The translations under genes were made by a program, and so were the position numbers. Positions 36,001 through 48,400 of a DNA stretch of 64,000 nucleotides are shown piece by piece. The notes below the pieces were generated by a model. That model did no database searches. It saw only the letters and a program-made list of their open reading frames with translations, and was not told the origin of the DNA. Source of the stretch: Lepidodermella squamata (Eukaryota; Animalia; Gastrotricha); contig JBLDXI010000025.1 in assembly GCA_047495785.1 (NCBI GenBank), forward strand, positions 930,001 to 994,000, written 5' to 3'. Within the stretch, counting starts at the first letter, position 1; the number at the start of each line of letters is the position of its first letter.

Positions 36001-39000
36001 CGTCATTTTTATCCCACTCCTCACATTGAAGTTTTGATTACTGCACAGCCGGACTTTGCGTCCGAATTCATGACCCGCCTTCAACGCGGTGAAAGCCGAA
36101 TCAAGCTCAATCCTGGAGATCCATCTGTTTTCAAATCAACGAAACATTTCTGATCGGATACTATGAAATTTACACACTTCCTTCGTCTAGTTTGTGTGGT
36201 CGGTGCCGCTGGTCTTCGTCCTGGGGCGCTCGCCAATCTCTCTATTCTTGAGTTGTCGCAATCTCGTTTTAATTTAAATCCTTTCTTCGATTCTAAACCC
36301 ATTTTCCGGGTTATTTCTAAACGCACAGGACTTTCTTCCTTCTTCAATGTCGCAACCTACGGAGCTCCAACTCCCCTTTTCCAAGGTTTGGCCCCTGTGC
36401 AACAGGGCTATTTACCAGATACATCCTGTCCTACCTGTTTAACAACAGGCCAAATTACTCTCAATGCGAACGATCCCAAACTGTATTACCCCCGAGCATT
36501 TATGTGGAAGGGTGATCAGATCAGATCATCTTTACTTGATAAATTCACTTAAAAATTTACAAGCTTCTTCGGCGCCAATTATCAAGATCGAAAATTGCCA
36601 CTTCAATTTATTACTTGAATTATGGAGAAATAAGAAATCCTGATTTTCAACAAAAATATTCCCTGAGGCTCATACATACGTATAATATGTCTGCATACGT
36701 ATATGTCGAGCTTCGCCCATTCTATCAGCCCATTCCAGGGCCAATTCTCCCCGACAAGAGGCCCTGTACTACGTACTCTCTCATTAGGCGAAATGCATAA
36801 TTTGGGGGAATAAACAGTGGGAAGGAAAAACAACCCGGCTGTAAAAACTCAAGCGTTTTCTTAGGTGAAAATATTTTTCAGATAATTTCTTTAGAAAGCA
36901 AATTAGCCCGTTGATTTTTTCTGCTAAAAATTCGCGAAGATGAGAAAGCTGCGAAAAGAATTGAGAATTTTCCAATATTTGACATTTGGCATTTAATGAC
37001 GCCCCACTTCGTCATGGACAAAGAAGAAATGCGATGCTTCCTTGGAATCCTGCTGCTTTCTGGGTATTCACATGTCCCTCATCGCCGACAGCACTGGTCT
37101 GGCGATCCTGATCTCCACAATGCTGCTGTTGCAGATGCGATGCGCCGGAACCGCTTTGATGAAATTATGCAAAATATACATTTGCAAGGTAAATTTTATT
37201 TGCTATCGGAGAAAGGCTGAATATTTTAGTTATTTCTTAGACAACGACAATTTGCCCCAAAATGATCGGTTTGGCAAGGTTCGCACCTTATCAGATCTGC
37301 TGGGCCATCGATTTCTGCCCAACCTTGCACCCGGTGAACATCTGGACGTCGACGAGTCCATGATCCCCTAAATTTCTATATTTTGTTGCAATTCGTTTTA
37401 GCTGCCCGTCGTCAGAGTAAAAAAACCCAACTACCAGTGTCCTAAATACGACCGCTTGCTTGCTGCAAGTAAAATGATATTTAACCGCAATTTTGGGAGA
37501 CTGCAACGTGGTGCGATGTGTTTTCACCTTGGTATCAAAGAAACTTATATTTTAAACCGGCATATAGCACAATAAATTGTGGATATAAATTAGAGACCAA
37601 TAAATCTTTCAATTCACGGCTCGAAAGTAATAACATTTTCGGAATTGATTGAAAAAAACACTCACCTGGTAAGCGATTTCTCGAGCTGCTCCATGTAAGG
37701 CTCAACTAACTCAGCCCGCCACTTCGCAACCATTTGATTCCGCTCCTCGGCAGCCAACTTCCAGACACCCTGCGATTGGTCATCACGCCAATTTTGCATC
37801 GTTTTAACCAACCCGCGATCTTCACCATTCAACCACTGCCGCCATAAATAATCAGGTGGTAGCGATTTTCCAGCCTTGCCCTGAGCCAGTTGAAACCCAC
37901 CACTTTGTTTGGGCAATTTGAACGCTTCTACCGTATCGTTATCGAAAAGATGGGCGAAATCTTCCATCCGATACGTTGCATTGTAGAAGGCCAAATATTG
38001 CTGATTTTGAATAATTTCACCTCGAATTACGTCCATTCGATCGCGAAGAGACCAGTACATTCGATTCGGGTCACGTTGACCCTGGTTTCTCAACAAATTT
38101 TGCAGCATGAATGGCTTGATTTTATCATCACACTTCTCCATACCACCGATTCGAACGATCTCTCGAGGAGGCAGGCCGAATTTCATTAAATCAACCAAAA
38201 ATTGATCCAAGGCGTGATTCGTATAGCAAACGATCAGAATCGTTTCATTGGTCGAATCGAAAATTATTTTCCCCAACATAGCACCGCAGTAAGATTTTCC
38301 AGTACCAGGCGGACCTTGAATTAAGGCGACACGATTTTTGAGACTAGAAATCACCGCTTGAAGTTGACTCGAGTCGAGAATTGTTGATTGAGTTTTCAGG
38401 TTCAAAATCGGAGTTAAATCACTTTTCGAATTGATTGATTCCAATTTTTGCAAAATTTCCCCGATTCTAGGATTTTCCTCAACATAATGCGGAAATTCGC
38501 TTTTCGAATCGTGAAGTAACTCAGGCTCGAATGGTAACTCGGAAATTTGTTTCAGCCGCTCGAGAACCGGAGTGAATGCGAAAAATGAGGCCGATAGTTG
38601 GACAGCCTTTAAATTCGATTGAACTCGCCCAACTTCGAGAACAGCCCATCTCGCGTCCTTCTTATCGAAAAAATGAACATCGATCGATGGCGGCTTTTTC
38701 AGCAAATCTTGATAATCCCGAGCATTCACAATGCCAAGGCCAACCAGTCCTTCATCCCTCGAGCCAAGATTCCTCACGAAAGCTAGAATCGAGTCGATTC
38801 TCAGAAAATTCGCTCGTTCGTCCCAGAATTCTTGTTTCGCCTTTTCGATGTCTTTTTGTGTCAAGTCAGGTGTTAATCGTTGTTTTAGACCGGCCGGCTC
38901 TTCGAATTCCATTTTAAAGCCGACGCCAAATCGTTGATTGCAACTAATTTCGCTGAATTTGATTACGTTTAGAGATCGAGACTTCAAACGAGCGGCCAAT

Positions 39001-40592
39001 TTCGGGTTGTAATTTTTATTTGAAGTTTTGCCGACGATTAGCAGTGAATCGAGTTCTTCTTTCACGACCCGGTTAATGTCTTCCCTCAACAACCGGAAAG
39101 ACCAGTCCAGGTAGCTTGAAACTTTCCGATTTGGCGGTTCTCGAGCCTCTAGAACATCGTCAGTTCGGGGTAGGAAAGGCTCCTCGTCGCAAACTAGTTC
39201 ATCCGAGGTCGGGTAGGGTAAAATTTCGTGAAAATCCACCTTGTCATTCGAATGCCGCCAGCCAGGCTGTTTCATTCGAAGCGAGTCGATAGTTTCAAGG
39301 GTTTGGGCTTTTTGCTTAGCCGGGGCAGGTTGGTCCTCGAATGCATCGAAAAACTGGTCGACTTGATCGGAACCGTTTGAAGCTTCGCTTTCGTGGACCT
39401 GGTCGAGCAAGGTGTTGATTTGGTCTGAAACACCTTTCGACATTGGATATTCACCGGTTGCAAGGGCCTTGGCAAGTCGCTTCACGTGGATATTTTTCTT
39501 CGCCTCCAAAGCAAAATCATCTCCGCCTGGAAATTATTAAAACAACATTAAAAACAGCAAAGATTTAGGTAAATCATTTCCAAACATTTTCAAAAATTTT
39601 AAATATAACATTTTTCCATCGGTCAATTCAAAGATTTTGAAACAGTCCAAGTATTTTTTTAATCCTAAATTGTCCCCATAACAAAAATTCATTTTTTCAA
39701 TTTTCAGAGAAATTTTCAATTTTCAATTTATTTTTACTCAAAGAAAAATGTCAGAAACTGTTTCTGATAAGATTTCTAACTCTTAAAAAAAACTAGCGAA
39801 TCTGAATTTTCGCCTGCAATATTTCCAAATTTAAATTTAAATTCAGTATTGACTAGAAATGTGATTTTAAGGCAATTCATGTTGATTTAACAACGCGAAA
39901 TGCCTGTAAATATATTTCTTGCCTTTGATTATTTGCAAAACCAGCCAGCCAATATTCATGCAATGCTCTTGGTCCAATTTGCGATCGATCACGTAATCGA
40001 CGAGTTGGTCGAAAAGAAACGGCGCCTTGAATATGGTCCTCAGCAGCTTGACAGCACTTGCACCTCGAGTCGATGAAATTGTTAATCTTCCATCGTTTCC
40101 AACAAATTGAATTAGAGGAATGACAGACTTTTTCACGAAATCCAGGTTATTTTCGATAGAAAGCGACTGGCGCAAGGCTTTCAAGCCGTACTCGCTGGCT
40201 GTTAAACGGCTCAGAGTCTCCATTTTGTCTTCACTAGCTAGAATGTAGGCGATAAATTCTCGGGCGTCTTTTTCCGATTGAATTTTATCATCATCAGCGG
40301 AAGCATCCAGCAGCCAGTTGAACTTCTTTTCGGTCATTGAGCCGATTGCAGGGCGAGATTGCCGCATTATTGGGGGCGGTATCACAATGGGTGGTCCGGA
40401 AAAAGTGTTTTGAGAACTCGTTTCTGAAGCGATACATGAAAATATAATACTAAAATCCAAATTTTTAAACTAGAAGCTACCTCTCGGAAGATCACTGCGA
40501 AACGAAGTACCAGCTCCGTTTTGAGGCAGGTGTTGCTGCCGACCGCCACCTCGGTTGGGACCTTGACCACGCCGGTTGCCGGGGTAACTCAT
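21011..40592 (-). CDS. ZNFX1/UPF1-like SF1 RNA helicase fused to three CbxX/CfxQ(SpoVK)-type AAA+ ATPase modules, ~2655 aa, 8 exons
   Basis: Exons 40592-40481, 40423-39923, 39526-37666, 34908-34079, 32466-31437, 29025-27849, 25514-25045, 22997-21011; all phases compatible, total 7968 nt, no stops. Helicase motifs QGPPGTGKS, CYTNHALDQF, MEEAGE, IGDHKQLRP, QHRM, STIDNYQGEE, RVNVLLSRAR; NF-X1-like CGKHTCSKTCH; three AAA sets (GNPGTGKTT/FIDEAY, GNPGTGKTT/VIDEAY, GPPGTGKTT/FIDEAY, each with GL.(S/R)RF and GN.(R/G) lid); C-terminal CPAGFQW...GGGYRCGGGSH. Confidence 0.9.
23234..23612 (+). mobile_element. MULE transposase remnant (internally deleted) in intron 7 of the helicase-AAA gene
   Basis: ERILVFASMEFIHL (segment preceding the DDE domain) and PPEFDFEPWNMVKRVENSLPRTDNFHE, matching the animal MULE 'P.F....WN.......PRTNN..E' motif. 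Confidence 0.65.
24492..24872. repeat. Palindromic MITE built from GACAACTCAGCC units
   Basis: ~130-bp near-perfect inverted arms (~24530-24658 and ~24734-24864) around a ~75-bp spacer; multiple GACAACTCAGCC/GGCTGAGTTGTC units. Confidence 0.8.
25655..25930 (+). mobile_element. PHD-finger coding fragment in intron 6, probably element-derived
   Basis: CAVC...CYGC...VHGFC...FLCFGC (C4HC3) on the strand opposite the host gene, followed by degenerate coding sequence. Confidence 0.55.
26250..27180 (+). mobile_element. Possible tyrosine-recombinase remnant (intron 6)
   Basis: KKFGYATLRKTAHSMYD...DLFRTGAQQSAQ (27061-27177) resembles the HxLR-box and second-His region of tyrosine recombinases; upstream LGLVIGFGFR may be the first catalytic-Arg box; frames are broken. 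Confidence 0.35.
29610..29960 (+). mobile_element. Tyrosine-recombinase-like remnant (intron 5)
   Basis: AIVTSNRTGTFCGATISEWENR, homologous to the fragment at 33280-33400; resembles the first catalytic-Arg box (R.G....T..EW). Confidence 0.5.
32865..33400 (+). mobile_element. Tyrosine-recombinase-like remnant (intron 4)
   Basis: GIVSSNRTGTLCGATISEWENR preceded by frameshifted coding-like sequence; nearly the same peptide as ~29690-29752 with mostly different codons. Confidence 0.5.
35206..36800 (+). mobile_element. Degenerate coding tract with tyrosine-recombinase-like motifs (intron 3)
   Basis: Chain of frameshifted ORFs including LVCVVGAAGLRPGALANLSILEL, YVYVELRP and TTYSLIRR; antisense to the host gene. 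Confidence 0.45.
36996..37371 (+). mobile_element. piggyBac (PGBD-like) transposase fragment containing a 52-bp intron
   Basis: EMRCFLGILLLSGY...HWS...MRRNRFDEIMQNIHLQ|DNDNLPQNDRFGKVR...LDVDESMIP; GT-AG intron 37189-37240 restores the frame; truncated just after the first catalytic Asp. Confidence 0.85.
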
Positions 40593-41326
40593 TTCTGAAC
40601 ATCAAAATCCTATAAACTGCAGACAATATTTTAGAAGAAATCTAGATTGATGTTTAACGGGGAAAAGTATCAGTAACAGGTAAATCAAGCATTGAAAATG
40701 TCTCTTATAGAAGTTAGGTCTCCGCTTCGTGGTTTATATCACGTTTTTGTGGTCTTTATCAATCCGCAAGATTACTCATTTTACACAACGCGTTGAATTA
40801 ATCAGCAAGTTACTGATATAGAACGCTTTTTTGGTTTCAACGTTGCGATAAGCCAAAGCGCCAAAGAGAGCTAAAAATTGGCAGCGAGAAGTCTGGTTAG
40901 CCAACTACATCTGACCAAAACATGTGAAAAGTGGTCAGTTGTGTAATTACGTTATTTTGCCTCAAATTCACTTGTGCTGGTCCCTAAATTGCCTTTTTGA
41001 GCAAATTTTCAAGGTCAATGCATGAATCCCAAAACCATCTGAAGCTAATTTCGTTCTATTTTTTAGGCCCCCGACATTTGAAAAGTAAGACACCGAAAAA
41101 TTGCGTGCCGTTGCGCTGTCAATGCAAAAAAACGTACGCTATATACTTACCTAGATGAGCTAAGTTAAGTCCAATAAAGGTGCGATCTGTTTTCTTCTTG
41201 GGGCTAGTTCTAAAAGATCACGCAATTTTTATCGGACGGAATTCAAAATTGTGACACTATTTAAACGGAAAATGGCAGTTGTCAATTTCACTCGATTCAA
41301 CTTTGCTAGCAAAACCAACGAATAGA

Positions 41327-41746
41327 ATGTCTTTGAGATTAGTCGTGCTTATCGCCGCTTGCTTGGCGATTGCAAGTGCTAGGATGGTGGGTAAGCCAAC
41401 CATCAAGCCAGCATCAGAGGCCAGCGCTAGCGTTTTAGCCGCACTCAATGGGTCAATAAAGGAGGCTTTTGCTGAGCAGGCTGGTCTCGAGGATTGCGAC
41501 CTCGATCCTTACCAAGCTCTGGTCTTCAAGTCAGACTTGTACAGCGGAAGAACGTACTACTTCTTGGTTTGCGATTTCTCTAGTATTTATGTTTTATAAA
41601 TTAGTTGGGTTTTACAGGTGAAGATCGCTGACGATGAATGCGTGAAGCTCCGCCTAAACCAGTCTCTATCCGGCCCAAATCAGCCGATCCTTCTGGTCAG
41701 TTTCGATCGCAATCTCAACTGCGAAGAAGCGAGCAAGACATTATAA
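41327..41746 (+). CDS. Cystatin (stefin/type-1 fold) with signal peptide, 122 aa
   Basis: Exons 41327-41566 and 41618-41746; hydrophobic leader MSLRLVVLIAACLAIASA, then ...ALVFKSDLYSGRTYYFL|VKIADDECVKLRLNQSLSGPNQPILLVSF..., aligning to stefin '[35 protein letters not shown]'. Confidence 0.8.
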
Positions 41747-42181
41747 ATGGCCTAAGAAGATTGATTTTCATAACTAATTTCTCTGAGAACCCTGAAAAAC
41801 TGTAATTAAAGATTAGGAGTGAGCATAGAGTAAACGACATGGAGGATAATTACAAAAATACGCAGACTTTTAAAGTTATCGGTATCGGAAAATTTTCGGG
41901 CAATTAGTAAACGACTTTTCAAGTGAAGTGTCTGTGTTTTAACCAGAGGTTAGCATCTCGTAAATGCAAGAAATAGTAATTTTTGACTCGGATATGAGAT
42001 GAACGGAAAATCTCAAGATAAGGGCTTGAGCCATCTCGCGCTTAGAAAAAACTCAGCTATGGCGATACCACAGAAATGAAAACCGGCGAGAGATTGACCT
42101 GTATGATGCTAGCGACCGCATGCGACCGGCAAGTTGGCACTTTGCCAAATGTGCACACACAAGACTGTCGTGTTTCTGCCT

Positions 42182-42578
42182 AAAATTAGGCAGAATTTTC
42201 CGCTATAGCTTTTTCTGCCTAAATGGTAAGTAGGCGCTTGAATCGCGAAAAACCCCATAAAATGCCTTTAAATTGAATTTTCTAGTCGATCTTGCAATAA
42301 TAACTAACCTAAAAGACTCAATCCGTGAATAATTCATCATGGGCGCCCGTAATAAGATGGTTACACGTAAGACGCAAAGCGCAGTACTTCGCCTGTCTTA
42401 GCGCAGCATCTTTAGTCACTGCCTCTCTATCTTTGATTTATTTTTAATTCTAATTCGTTTTTTGACAAATAAATGGATTAATACAATTAAAATGATCATT
42501 GGCATCGTTTCTGGGGCTTTCCGCTACATAGCGAAATTTTAGGCAGAAAAAGCTATAGCGGAAAATTCTGCCTAATTT
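42182..42578. mobile_element. MITE-like element with ~42-bp inverted repeats
   Basis: AAATTAGGCAGAATTTTCCGCTATAGCTTTTTCTGCCTAAA at ~42183-42223 and its reverse complement at ~42538-42578. Confidence 0.65.
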
Positions 42579-44491
42579 TCGGTGCGTGACAGACGAAAAA
42601 TTTAAAAATTTACCGCGCTCGTCGTGAAGGTCGTCGTGATTTTAAAAAAATACGAGAGAAATACCTCGTAGTATTTGCTAATAATCAAATTTTGTCAAAT
42701 TCAAAAATTGTAGATTGTAACCTTGAAGCCAGACCTGGCGCGTGGTTTTGAAAATATCGACTTGCGCGACTTACGGACTTCTGCGATCGACTGGTGTTCA
42801 CTGCATTGAACATTGAAGTCGAATCGAATCGATTGCTGCCATTTTTTTAAGCGATCCGATCGCATCTACCTGCCCAGGTATGCATCCTTACCTGGATTTT
42901 TGCCGCCACACCTGTCCAGGTGATTCTGCTGGGAAAACGGATTGCACCACGAGAATCAGCGTGCTATGTTACAGTGAATAACACCGTATCACTGCATGTT
43001 ATGCTATTTTGCCTGTCATAACACGAATGCCCCAAAGTTGATGCGTATTTTCTCCATAGTAAAAGCTGAAGTTGGAAGAAATTCTGGCAGAATGCCAACA
43101 GAAGGTGTTATCGAGGTACGGTCTTTTTCTATCAACTAGGAATGGTCCATAACACCGGATAACAAAAAATGGAGTCAATAACATAAAAGGAAGTATACTT
43201 ATTCTGCTGGAAAACTTCTGCTAACTTCAATGCAGTCTGGTTTCGCTCATGGATGTTTTAAGGCTTTCGACCGATGTGGTGCGACTTTCGATTTCGAGGT
43301 TTTGACACGCCCGCAGCCACCACTCAAGGGCGTAGACGTGGGAGGCCATACTCCTGCTTTAACTGGCGAAATGCTCAGAGGGACCCACATCTAAATCGTT
43401 CGTCGTCATTCTCAGTCAGGCCCGGTTATAGGCGTTCAGCAGAAGGGATGTGCAGCCATTACAGTTATACCTAACAACATATCGATCAAACTGTGATAGC
43501 ATCAAGTTCGGATTAACATGCGTCTGAAGTGTATGTGAAAGTAGTAATAAAAAGAAAGTGGGGAATTGGTCTTTGCTAAGAAGGTGTAGCTCGCCACCTT
43601 ACCTTATCGCCGCTACGATAGAGCAATCATCTAGTGAATCTTTCTGGTCGGCAGATAAAAACCCGTTGCTACTGCGTGCTCATCAGCTTCAATTGGTTTA
43701 TTTTATTTTGAGCCATGTATCTTGTCCAATTTTTTGCTTGACTTGTGCGTTCGAGGCACTGTTCTGTATACCAAACGGGAGTCGCCAGTGGGCAAATCTG
43801 GATGATTTTTTTTTCCGTAAAAGGCTATTCAATTGTGCCTGCTGGAAATTCTGTTTATGAGGAGATCCAGCTAATCCAATGCCCAATAGAAACAGATGTT
43901 GCCTCAAATGCTATGGCGATTAATCATAATATTCTGCCTCATGCTGCTTGAATAATGATGACTTGGTTCAATCTTTGCGTGATATTAGTTACTTCTTTTT
44001 GCTGTTTATGACATATTTTTCAGTTTCTTGTCAGAGTGATTGTTTGTGGACGGAGGCGTTGGAGGGAGATATAAATTATATCGCCTTGTGAGAAAACGCC
44101 GAATTTAGGGAGGAGCGAGTGCTTGAGTCACTTGTTTTATATTGCGGATGAAATAGTGAGAAACAGCCGAGAATAGCGAGCTGTCAGCAACAAATGAGTG
44201 CTTTAATACTTATGAGATAAACCAATCAATTGGTTCCTGTTGACTGCTGCCGTGGACCTGGTTAAGCTTTAAGCGAAATGAGCTTGTATTTCAGGAATAA
44301 TTTTCAGACTAATCGTGCTTTTTCACCACCAGATTGGTGTTTGAATTCGCGATTTTTCTAGCCAAGAATTGATCTACTTTGTTGTGTGATTGATAAATAT
44401 CGTTTTGTTGCGTCTTGATGCAAATTACGCATTGAGTATTGTTACGTTATGTTTCGATCTCGCGCGATTACTCCAACATTTATCATGACTA

Positions 44492-44671
44492 CAAGGTGGC
44501 CGAAAAATTCCACTGAGCGGGAATTCGCTGCGCATAATTTTAATGAGGAGTTTCAAGAAATTGAGGAGTTCCATTGGCAAAAGAATGCTTGAAATTCTTC
44601 AACTTCTTAAAACTCCCCATTAAATTGATGCGCAGCGAATTCCCGCTCTGCGGAATTTTTCGGCCACCCTG
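44492..44671. mobile_element. Tc1/mariner-type MITE (CAGGGTGGCC termini, TA flanks)
   Basis: ~60-bp imperfect TIRs flanked by TA; a partial copy lies at ~8050-8170. Confidence 0.75.
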
Positions 44672-45426
44672 TATAAAGCTTATTATTCCTAATCTCGCAT
44701 ATTTAAAGATGAAATTCGGCGATTTAATTTTCAATACTAAGCGCGTGTTGCATAGTTGAAATATTATTTTTTAGATTGTGGACGATTTATGCATTACTGA
44801 TATGAGTGGCAGACAAAATGGTGAAAACGTGGGTGCAAAGCCCAGTTCTGTCAAAGCTGGCTTGCGTTCAAAATGTAAAAGGCAAGTTTAAGCTACTTGG
44901 AGATTTGAACTTCTGTTTGTAGATGAAGTTAAAAAAATGCATATTCCTTTGCCCTATGGATGCTTCAACCGACTTGGTCCTAGCTACAAACCACAAGCAC
45001 ATTATTTCTAGTGAAAATTGTGGGTTAAAATTTGGGTCAGTCCTCGCGCTGTCGCTTATCTAGCTTTTTGAAGATGAATCACTACTATAGCCACGTCCTG
45101 GTTATTTTCGGCTCACACTGGCGTTCTTATCATTTATTCCCACGTTTTTTTACGCCGCAGTACAGATATCGGTATTTTTTATCAACGTTTGGCTGAATAA
45201 TTTATAACCAACGTGCAAAATGAGTCAGTTAGCTTGCGTGTAGATAGCGACCGCAGAGTAGTTAAAGATGCGAATAGCACTACAATAACTATCATTATTA
45301 TTCCACGAACAATTCTTTAGTTGAAGATATCACGTCATATTCTTAGCTTTTGCCCCTATTTTCAAGGCTAGTTGAGGTTTTTATGCTTGTTATAAGTATT
45401 AATTAATTTTTTCCAGACATAAACCA

Positions 45427-48400
45427 ATGGCTTCGAACTACTTTAATCGAACTCAAGCTGGATCAAGGTCTCCAGCTTCACCTGATCAAATAGGACTGAT
45501 CAAACTCGAATTTTCATCTCATCCCAAAGTACGTATCTATTATTTCAGTTTTTCAATATCATGATGAGTTTTTTGTAGCTTTTTTCGGAGAAGCAGTTTG
45601 CCGATTTGCTCGAAAGCGCCGAGCCGCCCGTGTTTGATCAGGCAATTTTGTTTCTGAATCACGTGCCCCATCGTGCTGATAAATTGGACACCCTACACAA
45701 GTTGACGACCTCAAAATATTTCGCTAATTGTTTGAAATCTTTTTCAACGGAGAACCTTACCCTCGAGCAAATTGAAGGCACCATTATTCCTCTTATCAAG
45801 TAAATTTTCGTTAATTTTGCTGATTTTTCATATTTTAAAATTGTCAGGTTCATAGAAAGTGAACGAATGCTCTACAGTGGTTCCGCTAGAATCCATGCGT
45901 CCCTTGAATTTCTATCGAAAATCGGCCTTAATTTATCCATGATGCAACGCTGTTTTGGTTTCGCCGAAGAGGAAATGATTTCGAGCGATTCGCTTCTGTT
46001 GATTTGCTGGATGTTTGCTCAACTGTCAAAGTCCGGCCGAATTCTATCGGTGTTGATCAGAGATTTAGCACATAAATTCGCCGACTTTCTGACCAAAAAA
46101 TCGCTGCCTGGATGGAAACAATTGACTGAAATGATCAAATTTGGCGCGAATGGGGTGACTGAATTTGAGCCCCTTGATTCAATGCGGAAAAACGAACCAG
46201 GATGGCGGCATGATAATGATCGAGATAATTTTCGAGAAATTGCTGTCTACCCAACTGCAGCCGAATTAATTTGCCCGGATCAGCCTTATCTTCCTGAAAC
46301 TGCGACTGTTTTCACTTCAAATCCTGATCAGGACTCGTATTTAAACTGGGCTTTTCGGTTGCTGCGGGAGGATGTTGTGAAATCGGTGAATGAAGAAATC
46401 GATTTGATCATGCGATATTCGACGAAGAAGGACGCGCCGGCTTGGACGAAAAAATTGCTAGGCCGGTTGGAAAGTCGAACACTTCAAGTGGCGGGATTTG
46501 CAGAATTTGCACTTGATCGACGAGCTGGACCGTGTTTTCGAATGGTTTTCCAACCACCTAATGGCCTGGCTAGTTTTCTGAGAAACAAAGGTAAAAAGGC
46601 TGCGTTCGATTATTACATGAAAAAACGGCCAAGTTTCCTGAAAGAAAAGTCGATCGTCGCTTTTGTGCGAGAAACTGGTAATAATTCTCGAGAAATAACT
46701 GCTGTTGGAGTCGTTGCCCTGCGCGATCCGAAACACCTGGAGAATAATTTCGTTTCAATTGCATTTTTCGATAAATCCCACGTTGAACGCATTTTACGCG
46801 AGGTTGGAAGTAGAACTGATGGTTTGAAGGCCATTCAACTCTCGGCTTCTTTTTTCGCGTATTCACCGGTTTTGGAGCGACTTAAAAATATCAAGAAAAT
46901 TCCGTTTTCCGACGAAATTTTGCTCGGGAAAATCGAATGCCCAACTCCACATCTATCACCGGGATATTCGTCTCTTTCTGTCGCTGATATCGCGGCTGCC
47001 TTGGAAAATTGCGATCCATCCAAAAATCTTGCCCCAATTTTGCGATTAGGCAAAGCACTGGTTTTAGATGCAAATCAAAAGGAGGCCGTGACATCTTGCT
47101 TGAGACGCCGGGTTGGGCTAATTCAAGGCCCGCCTGGAACTGGTAAATCATTTTGCGGTGCGATCATCGCGAAAATCATCCACGCCCATTCAAATGAGAA
47201 AATTCTTTGCGTTTGCTACACAAATCACGCATTGGACCAATTTTTGGAAGATTTACTCGAATTCGGCCTGCCAGAGCAAGATTTGGTTCGGCTTGGAAGT
47301 TCGGAGAAGATGAGCGAGAAGATCAAGGAATTCACGCTGAGAAGCCTTCTTGAGAAAAGCGATTTCAAACCTATTGGCCGTCACGTTTATGAGGCATATC
47401 GATGCTTGGAGGTGCCCGAAGGGTATTTGAAGCAATTATTGCCAGTGATTGAATCACTGAAAACTTCAACGCATTACGCGGAATTTCAACCGATTTTTGA
47501 CGCTGATACAGAAATGGCGTTTCAAGTTCCGGAAAGTACCGATGGGTTTCAAATCGTTGGCGGAGACGGGAGAGAAATTCAAGCTGATTACCTTTGGGAT
47601 CGATGGCTTTCAGGCCGAGATCGAGGCGTGTTACAAAATCGCAAAATTTCAGAAATTTCTCAAAAACTGTGGGACATTTCACCCGTGGAGCGATTTAAAA
47701 TGCTCAACTCGTGGCGGGAAGAAATTTTACGGCCAAAACTAGATGCTTTCGATCGCCTGGTTTCTCATTTCGAAAAGGCCAAATTACTCTTGGATGACGT
47801 TTATCGGCAACCGAAGATCAGTTTGCTGAACTCGAAGCGAATTATCGGCTGTACAACCACAGGAGCTGCTAATTTCGCGAAGGAGCTCGATTCAATTCAA
47901 GCCGGGGTCGTTATCATGGAAGAAGCCGGCGAAATTCTCGAACCTCACGTGTTGACGAGTCTCTCATCGAAATGCAAACATTTGATCATGATTGGCGACC
48001 ACAAACAACTGAGGCCGAAATTGAATGTCTACGAATTGGGCGTGGAAAGTCGAGGTCCGTACGAATTCAACCGATCGTTATTCGAAAGATTGGTCTTGAA
48101 TGGCTTCCCGCACGTCACTCTGCAACTTCAACACCGAATGCGGCCTGAATTTTCGGATTTGATCCGAAAAATCACGTATCCCGAGCTGAGAGATGCGCCG
48201 AAAGTTCTCGATCGGCCGAATTTGGTCGGGGTTGCGACGAATTTGGTGTTCATCACCCACGAACAGGAGGAAGGCATCGACCCGGCGATGGCCAAAGAAG
48301 GCGCTGTTGTTGACAATGTGTCGAAATTCAACAAATTTGAGGTTGAAATGGTGGCGAAAATCACGCAGTATCTGTTATCGCAGGGCTATCGCGGGGAGCA

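Noticed and set aside
42950-44200. Possible decayed transposase on the minus strand (CNGC motif)
   Set aside because: Too fragmented to assign a family from sequence alone.
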